From NCBI GenBank assembly GCA_044229975.1, contig JBGARZ010000007.1, forward strand, positions 160,001-224,000: a DNA stretch of 64,000 nucleotides. Direction: 5' to 3'. The notes under the pieces are model-generated. The model was not told where the DNA came from. It did not search any database and saw only the letters and a program-made list of their open reading frames with translations. The stretch is from Polyangiales bacterium. GTDB taxonomy: Bacteria; Myxococcota_A; Polyangia; Polyangiales; Ga0077539. This document shows positions 30,182 through 39,242 of this stretch, in pieces; position 1 is the first letter of the stretch; the number at the start of each line of letters is the position of its first letter. The translations under genes were made by a program, and so were the position numbers.

Positions 30182-31555
30182 ATGGCCCTTGAGTGCGCCC
30201 ACTGTGGAACCCGCTGCGACGACGGCTCTCCCCGCTGCCCGAAGTGCCTCCGCGCAGGCAACCTCGTACCCGTCACCGAGGCGCCCGCGGGCGGCGGCCG
30301 GCGGATGCGCGGACCGATGATCGGTGCTGCCGTCGCGGTGGTGGCGCTTGGGGTCGGGGGAGGGTGGTACGCCCTCGGACGTCGAGCGGCTCCGGGGGCG
30401 GAGCGGGCGGTGCCGGCGGAGGTTCCGGCGCAGGCCAACGACGCGCTGTCGGTGGGCACGACGCTGGGCGAGGTGGTGGCTCGCGTGCGCGCCGAGCGGG
30501 ACCCGGTGTCGCGCGCGCGGCGGGCCGCAGAGCTGGTGCACCAGCGTCGGCGGGCGAGGGTGACGGGGGAGGGGGAGGAGGTTCCGCCGCCGCGGTCGGC
30601 GGAGCTGGTGTGGGGGGTGCTGCCGTCGGAGCGCGAGCGGGTGAGCTCGCTCGACCTGGCGCGGCTGGTGGCGGCGCTGCTGCGCGCAGCGGGGGACGCG
30701 GGCGTGACCGTGGCCGAGCGGACGGCGCCCGCGCGGGCCGACGAGCCGGTGGACCCGACGGGGATGCTCGGGAGCTTCGTGGTGCGCGCGGGCGAGCACG
30801 TGGTGGAGGTCACCGAGGGGACGCTCACGGCGCAGGCGAGCGTCGGGCACCAGTCGCTCGACAACGCCTCGCTGGCGGGCGCGATCGCGGCGCAGTCGGC
30901 GCTGGAGCTGGCGACCAACCGCGGTCCGCGCGACCGGGCGCAGCAGTACGCCTCGGCGGCGGTGGACGCGTGGACGACCTCGCCGACGCCGCTCATGGCG
31001 CGGGCGAGGGTGTGGATCGAGGTGGGCGGTTCGAGCGGCCTCGACCTCGCCGACGCCGACCTGCGGGCGGCCATCGCGCTGCGTGATGACCCGGCGGCGC
31101 ACCTCGCGCGGGCGCGGGTGCTGCTGGCGATGGACCGCCTCGCCGAAGCGGCGACGGAGTCGTTGCGCGCGGCCCGGATGGCCCCCGCGTGGGGCAGCGC
31201 GGCGCTGGCGATGATCGCGCTGGGTCCGGTGCTGTCGCGGCTCGACGCGTCGGCGCCGAGCGGATGCGACGGGCTGCGCCGGGGACGGGCGCCGTGGACC
31301 GACGATGCGTACGCGTTGTGCGCGCCGGACGTGGCGGCCGAGGCGCGGCGCGCGGCGGCGACGCGGCTGGTGGCGGGCAGCGACGACCCGCTGCGGGCGG
31401 CCTACGGGGTGGCGACGCTGGGCGACGGCGCGGCGGGTGAGCTGCATGATCGGCTGCGGGTGGGGCCGCGGCGCGAGGCGGCGCGGTGGCTGTTGTTGTT
31501 GGGTCACGCCGAGCTGGCGGCGCGGGTGATGGGCGACGCGGACGCGGGGCGCTGA
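30182..31555 (+). CDS. Hypothetical membrane-anchored protein with N-terminal Zn ribbon and TPR-like C-terminus
   Basis: CAHC...CPKC, one TM helix, helical repeats. Confidence 0.6.
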   Translation: MALECAHCGTRCDDGSPRCPKCLRAGNLVPVTEAPAGGGRRMRGPMIGAAVAVVALGVGGGWYALGRRAAPGAERAVPAEVPAQANDALSVGTTLGEVVARVRAERDPVSRARRAAELVHQRRRARVTGEGEEVPPPRSAELVWGVLPSERERVSSLDLARLVAALLRAAGDAGVTVAERTAPARADEPVDPTGMLGSFVVRAGEHVVEVTEGTLTAQASVGHQSLDNASLAGAIAAQSALELATNRGPRDRAQQYASAAVDAWTTSPTPLMARARVWIEVGGSSGLDLADADLRAAIALRDDPAAHLARARVLLAMDRLAEAATESLRAARMAPAWGSAALAMIALGPVLSRLDASAPSGCDGLRRGRAPWTDDAYALCAPDVAAEARRAAATRLVAGSDDPLRAAYGVATLGDGAAGELHDRLRVGPRREAARWLLLLGHAELAARVMGDADAGR

Positions 31556-31559
31556 GCGG

Positions 31560-31967
31560 GTGCGCGTCGCGGTGCGGGCGGTCGCGGTGATCGCGACGGC
31601 GGGGTGGCTCGTGGGGTGTGAGCGCGCGGCGGTGGAGGATGGTCCGGTCGACGCGCGGGCGGCGATGGGGCAGTGGGTGCGGTGTGCCTTCGACGGGGTG
31701 GGCGACGCGCCGGCGGCGGGGAGCCTGGAGGGCGCGATGCGGCAGGCGCTGCGACGCGACCGGGCGCAGTGGGTGTTGCGCGCGGGGCGGTGTGAAGACG
31801 CGCTGTCGGTGCGGGGACAGACACCAGCGTGCCTCGTGGGGTTGCGGACGCGCTGGGCGGAGATGCTGCCGGTGGTGCAGCGGGCGAGCGACGACGCGAT
31901 CGAGACGGACGTGGCGGTGCGGCGCGTGGGCGAGGCATGGAGCGCGGCGCGGCGCGGGTGCCCGTAG
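31560..31967 (+). CDS. Small lipoprotein
   Basis: LVGC lipobox; follows the previous gene closely. Confidence 0.55.
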   Translation: MRVAVRAVAVIATAGWLVGCERAAVEDGPVDARAAMGQWVRCAFDGVGDAPAAGSLEGAMRQALRRDRAQWVLRAGRCEDALSVRGQTPACLVGLRTRWAEMLPVVQRASDDAIETDVAVRRVGEAWSAARRGCP

Positions 31968-31972
31968 GAACG

Positions 31973-32347
31973 CTGGTGCTCACCCTCGACAACCGCACCG
32001 CCCTCTTCCTGCACGACACTGCTGCCCACGAAGACGACGCCACCGCCGCGGCCGTGACCCGCCGCCTGTGGTCGCTCCGCGAGGGCGAGCGCACCGCCGC
32101 GGAGACCGTTGCCGCGCTCGGTCCTGCGGGGGGCGGCTCCGACGACCCGGTGTACCGCCGCCCGTCGCTCACCAGCGAGTCGCTGCTCGTGGCGCTCCAT
32201 GACGGCTCGCTCTCGGCCGCGTTGCGGCTGGCGGCGGCGAGGCACCTCGCGACGCAGGGAGCCGACGGTGCGCGCGCGGTGCGTGAGGCCGCCGGGGCCT
32301 GGGTGGACGAAGACTCGCGACGCGCGCTCGATGCGATGACGGCGTAG
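31973..32347 (+). CDS. Hypothetical helical protein or C-terminal gene fragment
   Basis: Protein-like frame without a clear start. Confidence 0.3.
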   Translation: MVLTLDNRTALFLHDTAAHEDDATAAAVTRRLWSLREGERTAAETVAALGPAGGGSDDPVYRRPSLTSESLLVALHDGSLSAALRLAAARHLATQGADGARAVREAAGAWVDEDSRRALDAMTA

Positions 32348-32361
32348 GGGAGGGCGGGGCG

Positions 32362-32826
32362 TCAGCGAACGACGACGACGCCGTTCATCCCGAGGAAGCC
32401 GTGCATCCCGCAGACGTACGGGAAGACGCCCGCGCGCGGGAACGTCACCGTCACGGTGGTGCCGCTCGACGTGAGCCGGATGGGGTTGCCGGACGAGCCG
32501 CCGCGGGTGTCGCCGGGGACGCCGGGCGTGAGCGGGTGCGTGGAGAAAGCGCCTTCGAAGGTGACCTGCTGCCCGACGGCGATGGTCATGCACTTGGGGG
32601 CGAAGCTGAACCCGCCGCTGCCGCGCTCGCCACCGAAGCCCACGATGCGCTCGGCGTCGACGGCGGTGCGGTCGACGAAGCCCTCCACGGTGCAGCCGTT
32701 GAGCGTGACTGCGACCGCGGCGTCACCGCCGACGTTGAGCCGCTCGGTCTCCACGGGGATGAAGTAGTCGACGCAGCCGACGGTGAGCGAGAGGCCGGTG
32801 ACGAGCAGGCGTTGGGCGGGGTGCAT
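32362..32826 (-). CDS. Plastocyanin/azurin-type blue copper lipoprotein
   Basis: TVGC lipobox; HPL and YVCGMH...M type-1 Cu ligands. Confidence 0.85.
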   Translation of the reverse strand: MHPAQRLLVTGLSLTVGCVDYFIPVETERLNVGGDAAVAVTLNGCTVEGFVDRTAVDAERIVGFGGERGSGGFSFAPKCMTIAVGQQVTFEGAFSTHPLTPGVPGDTRGGSSGNPIRLTSSGTTVTVTFPRAGVFPYVCGMHGFLGMNGVVVVR

Positions 32827-32882
32827 GGGGTGGTTGGTGCCGCGATGGATGATTCGCCCGATCGGGCATGGTTGGCAATGGT

Positions 32883-33794
32883 CTACGGGGCGCAGACGAT
32901 GGCCGCGGGGAGCACACAACGGCCGCCCTGGCAGCGCGCGGGATACGCGCACGGAGCCTCGTAGGATTCGCACGCCGCGCCATCGGCCACGAGCGGCGCG
33001 CAGCGGCCCTGGCCGAAGTCGTTGCGGTTGCGGCAGACGTGGCGCTCCTCGCACATCGGGCTCGCGGGCCGCGTGGGGTCGGTCACGATCTGCGAGAGGC
33101 ACGATCCATCGGTGGGAGACACCGGGCGGCGGATGCAGCGACGCGCCGTGCGGTCGCACGCGAGGCCCTGGGATGGGTCGCAGTCGCTGTCTCCCCCGCA
33201 CGCCTCGCCGAGGCCCACTCGCTCGACGCAGACGCCCGCCTCGCAGCGCAGCCAGTAGCGGCACGGCTGTCCATTGCCGCAGGTCTCGCCGACGCGTTGG
33301 GTGGGCGGTGTTCCGGCGGAGGAGCAGGTGCCGCAGCCGCGGTCGCGACCAAACGAACACTGCCCGCTCGCGCACTGCGCTCCGACCCGACACGCCGCGC
33401 CCATCGCACGGGTGCCGCGGGGCCAGGCGTCACAGGGAGGACCGTCGGTGAAGTAGCGCCAGCCGACCTCGCCGCACGAGGCGGCGTTGACCTCCGCGCG
33501 GCAGGCGTCGACGCGGTCGGGCGTGGCCGCGAGGTCGGACGCGGCGCGCCAACCATCACAGGCGAGGGTGACGCGCCCGACGCACGCGTCGACACCGATG
33601 GCGCGGCCCTCGGTGAGTCCGTTGGACAGCGCCGCGGGGGCGCACTGCTGGAGGCGCGCGCAGAGGGTCTCGGCGAGGCGGGCGCACGGGCTCGCGGGGA
33701 CGATGGCGTCGGTGGCGAGGTCGGGCTCGTGGAGGGAGCTGCGCGCGCCGCACGCGACGAGGGCGAGCAGCAGTGCGAGCGCGCGAAGGGGCAT
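32883..33794 (-). CDS. Cys-rich lipoprotein
   Basis: LVAC lipobox; repeated G..C....C...L.C units. Confidence 0.7.
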   Translation of the reverse strand: MPLRALALLLALVACGARSSLHEPDLATDAIVPASPCARLAETLCARLQQCAPAALSNGLTEGRAIGVDACVGRVTLACDGWRAASDLAATPDRVDACRAEVNAASCGEVGWRYFTDGPPCDAWPRGTRAMGAACRVGAQCASGQCSFGRDRGCGTCSSAGTPPTQRVGETCGNGQPCRYWLRCEAGVCVERVGLGEACGGDSDCDPSQGLACDRTARRCIRRPVSPTDGSCLSQIVTDPTRPASPMCEERHVCRNRNDFGQGRCAPLVADGAACESYEAPCAYPARCQGGRCVLPAAIVCAP

Positions 33795-33880
33795 CACCGT
33801 GTGGCAACACACGGGCGATGGGCAGGTCAAGCTCGGGTCATGGGCATCCGCGCGGCGGAGGAATAGCGCCACGACAGCGC

Positions 33881-34020
33881 AGGGCCGCCAGGGCGCAAGG
33901 GTCGCAAGGGACAAGACGGGTTGGGCAAGCGCTGGATGGGTCCACGCTCACCTTCTCGCGAACTCGAAGAACCTTCTCTGTGATGGCTCTTCCTCGCGAT
34001 CCTTGCGCCCTGGCGGCCTT
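33881..34020. repeat. Inverted-repeat element (family B)
   Basis: agggccgccagggcgcaagggtcgcaaggga (33881-33911) pairs with 33990-34020; shares the cgcaaggg..cgcaagg motif with the 13.9 kb element. Confidence 0.75.
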
Positions 34021-34075
34021 TCAGTGCCGCGACGCTCTTCCTGCCACCACGCCGACCGCGGAGCGGTCAAGGACG

Positions 34076-34933
34076 TCAGATGCGCGAGTCGAGCGAGACG
34101 CCGAGGGACACCGTCACGAAGTGCAGCCAGTTGCTCTGGTAGCCGTCGCTGGTGTTGGTGGGGTCGCCCTGGCCGACGGCGCCGCCGCCGAGGTAGCGCA
34201 GGTTCACGAAGGACTCGACGTGCGGAATGACCCGCCACCCGACGCGCACGCTCGCGTCGAGGATGGCGCCGGTGACCTCGTTGTCGCTGCCGTTGAGCAC
34301 GGAGATGGGCGCGTACAGCCCGTCGAGCTCGAAGCCGAAGAAGCCGCGCGTCGCGATGGGGAAGCGCCCGCGCACCCGGAGCAGCGGCACCGGCCCGACG
34401 TCGTTGCGCTGGCGGTAGCTGCGCCCGTCGACGGACTCGAACTCGATGCTGGCGTTGCGGAGCTGGAGACCGACGCCGAGAGCGAGCTCCTTGTCGGGCG
34501 CGGGCAGCAGGTCATACGCCCACCCCGCGCGAAAGAACGGGAACCCATACCGGAAGCGCACCGGCGTCCCCGCGGCGAAGGTGGCGCCGTCGATGCGGAG
34601 GTCGCGCCCGAGCGTGGCCGACGAGTCGATCTGCAAGGGTTGGTAGAGCAAGGTGATGATGTGCCGACGGTGGATGTCGAGCTCGATGGAGGCGCGGGCG
34701 AAGGTGTAGAGGTTGGTCTGCCCGCCGTCGTCGCGGTAGTCGATGCGGCTGCCGTCGCGACCCAGCGTGATGACGTGCGACCCCACCGCGAGGAAGCCGA
34801 GCTCGGCGTGGGCGCGCAGCCCGAGCACCGACTCCGCGGGAGCGATCGGTGGTGGCGGCGGTGTCTGCGCCGAGGCGAGCGCGGAGGCGAGCGCGAGGGA
34901 GCACCCGAGGGCAACGATCGAGGCGTTGTTCAT
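34076..34933 (-). CDS. Putative outer-membrane beta-barrel protein
   Basis: Signal peptide ASA-Q; alternating amphipathic strands. Confidence 0.6.
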   Translation of the reverse strand: MNNASIVALGCSLALASALASAQTPPPPPIAPAESVLGLRAHAELGFLAVGSHVITLGRDGSRIDYRDDGGQTNLYTFARASIELDIHRRHIITLLYQPLQIDSSATLGRDLRIDGATFAAGTPVRFRYGFPFFRAGWAYDLLPAPDKELALGVGLQLRNASIEFESVDGRSYRQRNDVGPVPLLRVRGRFPIATRGFFGFELDGLYAPISVLNGSDNEVTGAILDASVRVGWRVIPHVESFVNLRYLGGGAVGQGDPTNTSDGYQSNWLHFVTVSLGVSLDSRI

Positions 34934-34973
34934 GTCGCGTGAGATGATTGAGACCGAGGGATGGATTCGCCAG

Positions 34974-35567
34974 TCACGCACCGAGCGCGGCGATGACCTC
35001 GTCGGCGGATTGCCCCGCCCAGTGCGCGCGCAACGCCTCGTTGCTCATGAACGACCGCGGCAGCATCCGGTCGACGTAGAGCGCGCCGTGCAGGTGGTCG
35101 ACCTCGTGCTGGAGGATGCGCGCGAACCACCCGTGCGCGACGGTCGTGACGGCGTTGCCCTCCTCGTCGAGCGACTCGACGCGCACCGAGCGCGCCCGCG
35201 GCGTCACGGCCGTCATCCCGGCGAGGCTGAGGCAGCCCTCGAAGAACCTCCGCGGCGTCGCGTCGAGCACCGTCAGCCGCGGGTTGATGAGCACCTGAAA
35301 CGGAACCTCCTCCATCTCCATCGCCGCGTTGCGAGCCGCGTCACGTCGGGAGAGCCCTTCGCGGGTGAGCTCGACCACGGCGATCTGGAGCCCGACGCCC
35401 GCCTGCGGCGCGGCGAGCCCGACGCCGCTCGCGGCCCGCATCAGGTCGCGCATGCGGGCGATGAGCGCGCGGGTCCCGGCGCTGCGAATCTCATCGGGCG
35501 TGAGCGCCTCGGCTGCGCGACGAAGGACAGGCGCGCCCGCCTGCACGATGGCCGCCGCGTCGCTCAC
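34974..35567 (-). CDS. def: Peptide deformylase
   Basis: GVGLAAPQ, EGCLS and QHEVDHL motifs; GTG overlaps the Nif3 gene stop. Confidence 0.95.
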   Translation of the reverse strand: MSDAAAIVQAGAPVLRRAAEALTPDEIRSAGTRALIARMRDLMRAASGVGLAAPQAGVGLQIAVVELTREGLSRRDAARNAAMEMEEVPFQVLINPRLTVLDATPRRFFEGCLSLAGMTAVTPRARSVRVESLDEEGNAVTTVAHGWFARILQHEVDHLHGALYVDRMLPRSFMSNEALRAHWAGQSADEVIAALGA

Positions 35568-36343
35568 GCCCCCACCACGCGGAACGGATCGCGGTCCGCC
35601 GTCGACACCGTCACCGTCGCGCCCGGCAGCGCCGCCCGCAGCCGCTCGGCGAGCACGTCCAGCGTCTTGCGTTCGCTGTTGGAGTGCAGCGCGCACGCCA
35701 CCGTCACGCCCGCGGCGGCCGCCCGCAGCGCGTCGTGGTGGCGCATCTCGCCCGTCACATAGAGCCCCGCCCCCGACGCGATCACCTCGTTGAGCAGGTC
35801 ACCGCACGCGCCCGCCCCCACCGCGACGCGCGTCACCTCTCCCGCCGACGGACCGGCCACCACCAGGTGATCGAGACCCAGCGCCGCGCGCACCTGCGCC
35901 AGCAGTGCACCGCGCTCGATCGGCGACACCTCGCCCACGCGCCCGAGGCCGAGCCCCTCGGCCATCGAGGTCACCCGCAGCGGTCGTCGATCGGTCATCC
36001 CGACGGCGTCGGCGAGCACGTCGTTGGTCCCGCCGTCGGCGACGTCGAGCGAGGTGTGCGGGGTGTAGACGGCCACGCCCGCGCGCACCAACGCGTACGC
36101 CATCGATCCGGCGAGCACGCGCTTCAGCCCATCGAAGATCACCGGGTGGTACGACACCACCGCGGTGCACCCGAGCGAGAGCGCTTCGTCGAGCACCTCG
36201 CGCGTGAGGTCGATAGCCAGCAGCACGCGGTCGGCGTCGGCGTCGCGGTCGCCCACCAGCAGCCCGACGTTGTCCCACTTCTCGGCGAGGCGCGTGGGGG
36301 CGATGGCCTCCATCGCGCGGCACAGGTCATCCACGGTCGTCAT
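35564..36343 (-). CDS. Nif3-like (DUF34/YbgI) dinuclear metal protein
   Basis: AEKWDNVGLLVG, YHPVIF, HTSLD and TGEMRHH motifs. Confidence 0.92.
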   Translation of the reverse strand: MTTVDDLCRAMEAIAPTRLAEKWDNVGLLVGDRDADADRVLLAIDLTREVLDEALSLGCTAVVSYHPVIFDGLKRVLAGSMAYALVRAGVAVYTPHTSLDVADGGTNDVLADAVGMTDRRPLRVTSMAEGLGLGRVGEVSPIERGALLAQVRAALGLDHLVVAGPSAGEVTRVAVGAGACGDLLNEVIASGAGLYVTGEMRHHDALRAAAAGVTVACALHSNSERKTLDVLAERLRAALPGATVTVSTADRDPFRVVGA

Positions 36344-36370
36344 CGTGGCGAAACCTACCAGACCGGCTCT

Positions 36371-36871
36371 ATGGTGGACGTCGCCATGCAGCCCACTCCC
36401 GCAGTCACCGTGCGACCCGCGACCCACGACGACCTCGACGCCCTCGGCACCATGGCCGGCGCGCTCGTGCGCTTCCACCACGAGGTCGACGCGGGGAGGT
36501 TTCTCCTCGTGAACGGCGTCGAGGAGGGCTACCGGCGCTGGTTTCGCCAGGAGCTCGCCAACGCCGACGCCATCGTCCGCGTGGCGGTCGACGGTGGGGG
36601 TCGCGTGCTCGGATACACCTACGCCCGCGCCGAGGGCCGCGACTGGAACCTCCTCCTCGACGACCACGTCGCCCTGCACGACATCTTCGTCGACCCGGCC
36701 GCCCGCGGCGCCAGCGTGGGCGACGCGCTCATGGCCGCGCTCGTGGCCGACGTCGAGGCGCGCGGGGCCAGGCGCGTGGTGCTCCACACCATGGTCTCCA
36801 ACGAGCGCGCGCAGAAGCTCTTCGCGAAGTTTGGCTTCCGCCCGACGATGCTGGAGATGACCCGCGGTTGA
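36371..36871 (+). CDS. GNAT N-acetyltransferase
   Basis: IFVDPAARGASVG and NERAQKLFAKFGF motifs. Confidence 0.88.
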   Translation: MVDVAMQPTPAVTVRPATHDDLDALGTMAGALVRFHHEVDAGRFLLVNGVEEGYRRWFRQELANADAIVRVAVDGGGRVLGYTYARAEGRDWNLLLDDHVALHDIFVDPAARGASVGDALMAALVADVEARGARRVVLHTMVSNERAQKLFAKFGFRPTMLEMTRG

Positions 36872-37039
36872 CGTCAGCGTGGCGGCAGCGCCACGACCGA
36901 CGCGCCGGCGCTCCAGTGGGTCGCGCGACGATTGCATCAGACGCCGCGCGATCAGCGCTGGCACGGAGGGTGATATCGGGTGTTGGGCAGTGAAGGTCCT
37001 GCGTGGCGTGCGCGTCACCGCGGGGCGGGAGTGAAGCTC

Positions 37040-38002
37040 ATGAACATCTACCAGAAGACCTCGTTGGCGTTCGCGGTTGCCTCGATGACCCTCGGCCTCG
37101 CCGGTGTCGCAGAGGCGCAGCCGTTTGCGGTGCCCGGCGACACGGCGGGCTGCGAGTCGGCCAACGGGCCCTTCGCGTGGAGCTGCTACCGCGCCATCCC
37201 GGGCATGGCGTGCACGCAGATTCGCGAAGACGCCGACCCCCACACCTGGGGCGACAACTACTTCTGCTCGGCGCAGCCGCTGGGCATCCGCTGGTCATCC
37301 GCGGGGCCCGTCGCCGGGATGCGCTGCACCCAGATCACCGAAGGCGCCGACCCCAACACCTGGAACGACAACTTCCTCTGCGTCCCGCCGACGTCTCCGC
37401 TGGTGTTCTCGTGGAGCAGCGCGGGACCCGTCCCCGGCCTCCAGTGCGTCCAGTGGAATGAGCCCGCCGACCCCCACACCTGGCAGGACAACTACCTCTG
37501 CTGGCAGGGCGGCCAGCGCTTCGGGCGCCCCGTCTTCGCCGCGCCTCCGCCTGTCTTCGTCGCCCCGCCGCAACCCCCCGTGGTGGTGCAGCCCGCGCCC
37601 GTCTCGTGCGAGTCGGCCAACGGCCCCTTCGCGTGGAGCTGCTCGCGTCCGCTCCCCGGCATGGCATGCACGCAGATCACCGAAGGCGCCGACCCCAACA
37701 CCTGGAACGACAACTACTTCTGCTCGGCGCAGCCGATGGGCATCCGCTGGTCGTCCGCGGGGCCCATTCCAGGGATGCGTTGCACCCAGATCACGGAAGG
37801 GGCCGACCCTCACACCTGGAATGACAACTTCCTGTGCGTCCCGCCGATGGCGCCGGTGCAGTTCCAGTGGAGCAGCGCCGGTCCCATCGCGGGCCTCTCA
37901 TGCGTCCAATGGAACGAACCGTCGGACCCCCACACGTGGCAGGACAACTTCCTCTGCTGGGGCGGTGGTCGCGGTCGTCGTATGGGCCCGCGCTTCTACT
38001 GA
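37040..38002 (+). CDS. Secreted protein with six Trp/Cys-rich ~38-aa repeats
   Basis: Signal peptide; WSSAGP.PG..C.Q..E..DPHTW.DN..C repeated as two triplets joined by a Pro-rich linker. Confidence 0.85.
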   Translation: MNIYQKTSLAFAVASMTLGLAGVAEAQPFAVPGDTAGCESANGPFAWSCYRAIPGMACTQIREDADPHTWGDNYFCSAQPLGIRWSSAGPVAGMRCTQITEGADPNTWNDNFLCVPPTSPLVFSWSSAGPVPGLQCVQWNEPADPHTWQDNYLCWQGGQRFGRPVFAAPPPVFVAPPQPPVVVQPAPVSCESANGPFAWSCSRPLPGMACTQITEGADPNTWNDNYFCSAQPMGIRWSSAGPIPGMRCTQITEGADPHTWNDNFLCVPPMAPVQFQWSSAGPIAGLSCVQWNEPSDPHTWQDNFLCWGGGRGRRMGPRFY

Positions 38003-38024
38003 CCGCCGCGCATCGTCGCAGACA

Positions 38025-39185
38025 TCACCCCGCGACGGACTTCGACACCTCCAGCGCGCCGCTCCCGTAGCCCCACTTCAGCAGCGCCTTCAGCTCCGGC
38101 CGACGGTAGAGCCCGCTCGCCACCAGCGCCTGCATCGCGTCCTGGATGCGCCCGCGCACCGCCGCCGGAGCATCCACCTCGCGCGCCACCCGCCACCGAT
38201 ACCGCCGCACCGCCTCGTCATCGAGCGCGCCCGCCTTCAACGCCGCGGCGCACACCTCGCCCGCGATCTCGCCTGTCCGCAGCGCCTGCCAGATGCCCTC
38301 ACCCGTCAGCGGATCAACGTGCCGCCCGGCATCGCCCGTCGTCAGCATCCCGGGCATCCCCACCCGCACGCCGACGTCGCTCAAGGGGAGCTGCCACGTG
38401 CGCACCGAGCCCACCCGCTTCGCCCCCGCGAAGCGGTCGCGGTGCTGCTCCATGAAGGCATCGAAGAGCGCCGCGAGCGACAGCTTGCGGGCGTCGTAGC
38501 CGTCGCGCCGCAGGTACACGCCCACGTTGGAGACGCCCTCCACCGCGGGGAAGATCCAGCCGTACCCGTACGGCAACCCCGGGTCGAACCAGTGCTCGCT
38601 CCAGCCTTCACGCAGTGCCCCCGTGACGCCCTCGAAGTACGCCGTCGCCGAGATGGCCAGACCCCGCCCGCGCGGCTTCTCCACCCCGAGCGCCCGCGTC
38701 GCGACCGAGCCCGGTCCGTCGGCCGCCAGCACCGCTCGCGCCCGCACCACTTCGCCGCCGATGCGCGCGCCCACCACGGCGCCGCCCTCCACCACGAGGT
38801 CGTCCGCCGCCACGGCCTCGGTGACCTCCGCGCCAGCGTTCACGAGCGCTCGCACCAGCAGCGCGTCGAGGTCGAGCCGACCGACGATCATCCCGCGCGC
38901 GTCGCCGTAGTCCCGCGGGATGCTCCCGCCATCGGGCAGCAGCGCGAGCGCTCCCAGTACGTCGGTGTGCGGGGCCGCGCGCAGGGCGTCGCCCGCGCCG
39001 AGCGACCCGATGATGGCGATGGCCTTGTTGGAGAGCGCGTCGCCGCACACCTTCGGCCGCGGAAAGGTTGCCCGGTCGATGACCCGCACGTCGAGCCCGG
39101 CCCGCGCGGCCACCACCCCCGCGGCGCACCCCGAGGGGCCCGCGCCGATCACCAGGACGTCGACGGTCTTCATGGTTCCGCTCAT
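38025..39185 (-). CDS. Geranylgeranyl reductase family FAD-dependent oxidoreductase
   Basis: IGAGPSG, FPRPKVCGD, GYGWIFP and GDAGRHVDPLTGEGI motifs. Confidence 0.9.
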   Translation of the reverse strand: MSGTMKTVDVLVIGAGPSGCAAGVVAARAGLDVRVIDRATFPRPKVCGDALSNKAIAIIGSLGAGDALRAAPHTDVLGALALLPDGGSIPRDYGDARGMIVGRLDLDALLVRALVNAGAEVTEAVAADDLVVEGGAVVGARIGGEVVRARAVLAADGPGSVATRALGVEKPRGRGLAISATAYFEGVTGALREGWSEHWFDPGLPYGYGWIFPAVEGVSNVGVYLRRDGYDARKLSLAALFDAFMEQHRDRFAGAKRVGSVRTWQLPLSDVGVRVGMPGMLTTGDAGRHVDPLTGEGIWQALRTGEIAGEVCAAALKAGALDDEAVRRYRWRVAREVDAPAAVRGRIQDAMQALVASGLYRRPELKALLKWGYGSGALEVSKSVAG

Positions 39186-39242
39186 CGCACGCTGCGAGGG
39201 ATCGGCACAATCGCGCCGCGATCTGCGACACTCCCGCGCGCC

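Noticed and set aside
29354..32593. Very long alternative-frame ORFs (e.g. 1079 aa here; also 8677..11217, 17416..20199, 23037..25817, 47648..50476)
   Set aside because: Arg/Pro/Ala-rich shadow ORFs expected in very high GC DNA, overlapping genes with clear motifs
36960..36976. TGGCACG upstream of the repeat protein as a sigma54 promoter
   Set aside because: The -12 position reads GA rather than GC; too weak to call
37104..39242. N-terminal extension of the 1285-aa ORF containing the M1 peptidase
   Set aside because: Overlaps two real genes; the true start is the lipoprotein signal at 39243
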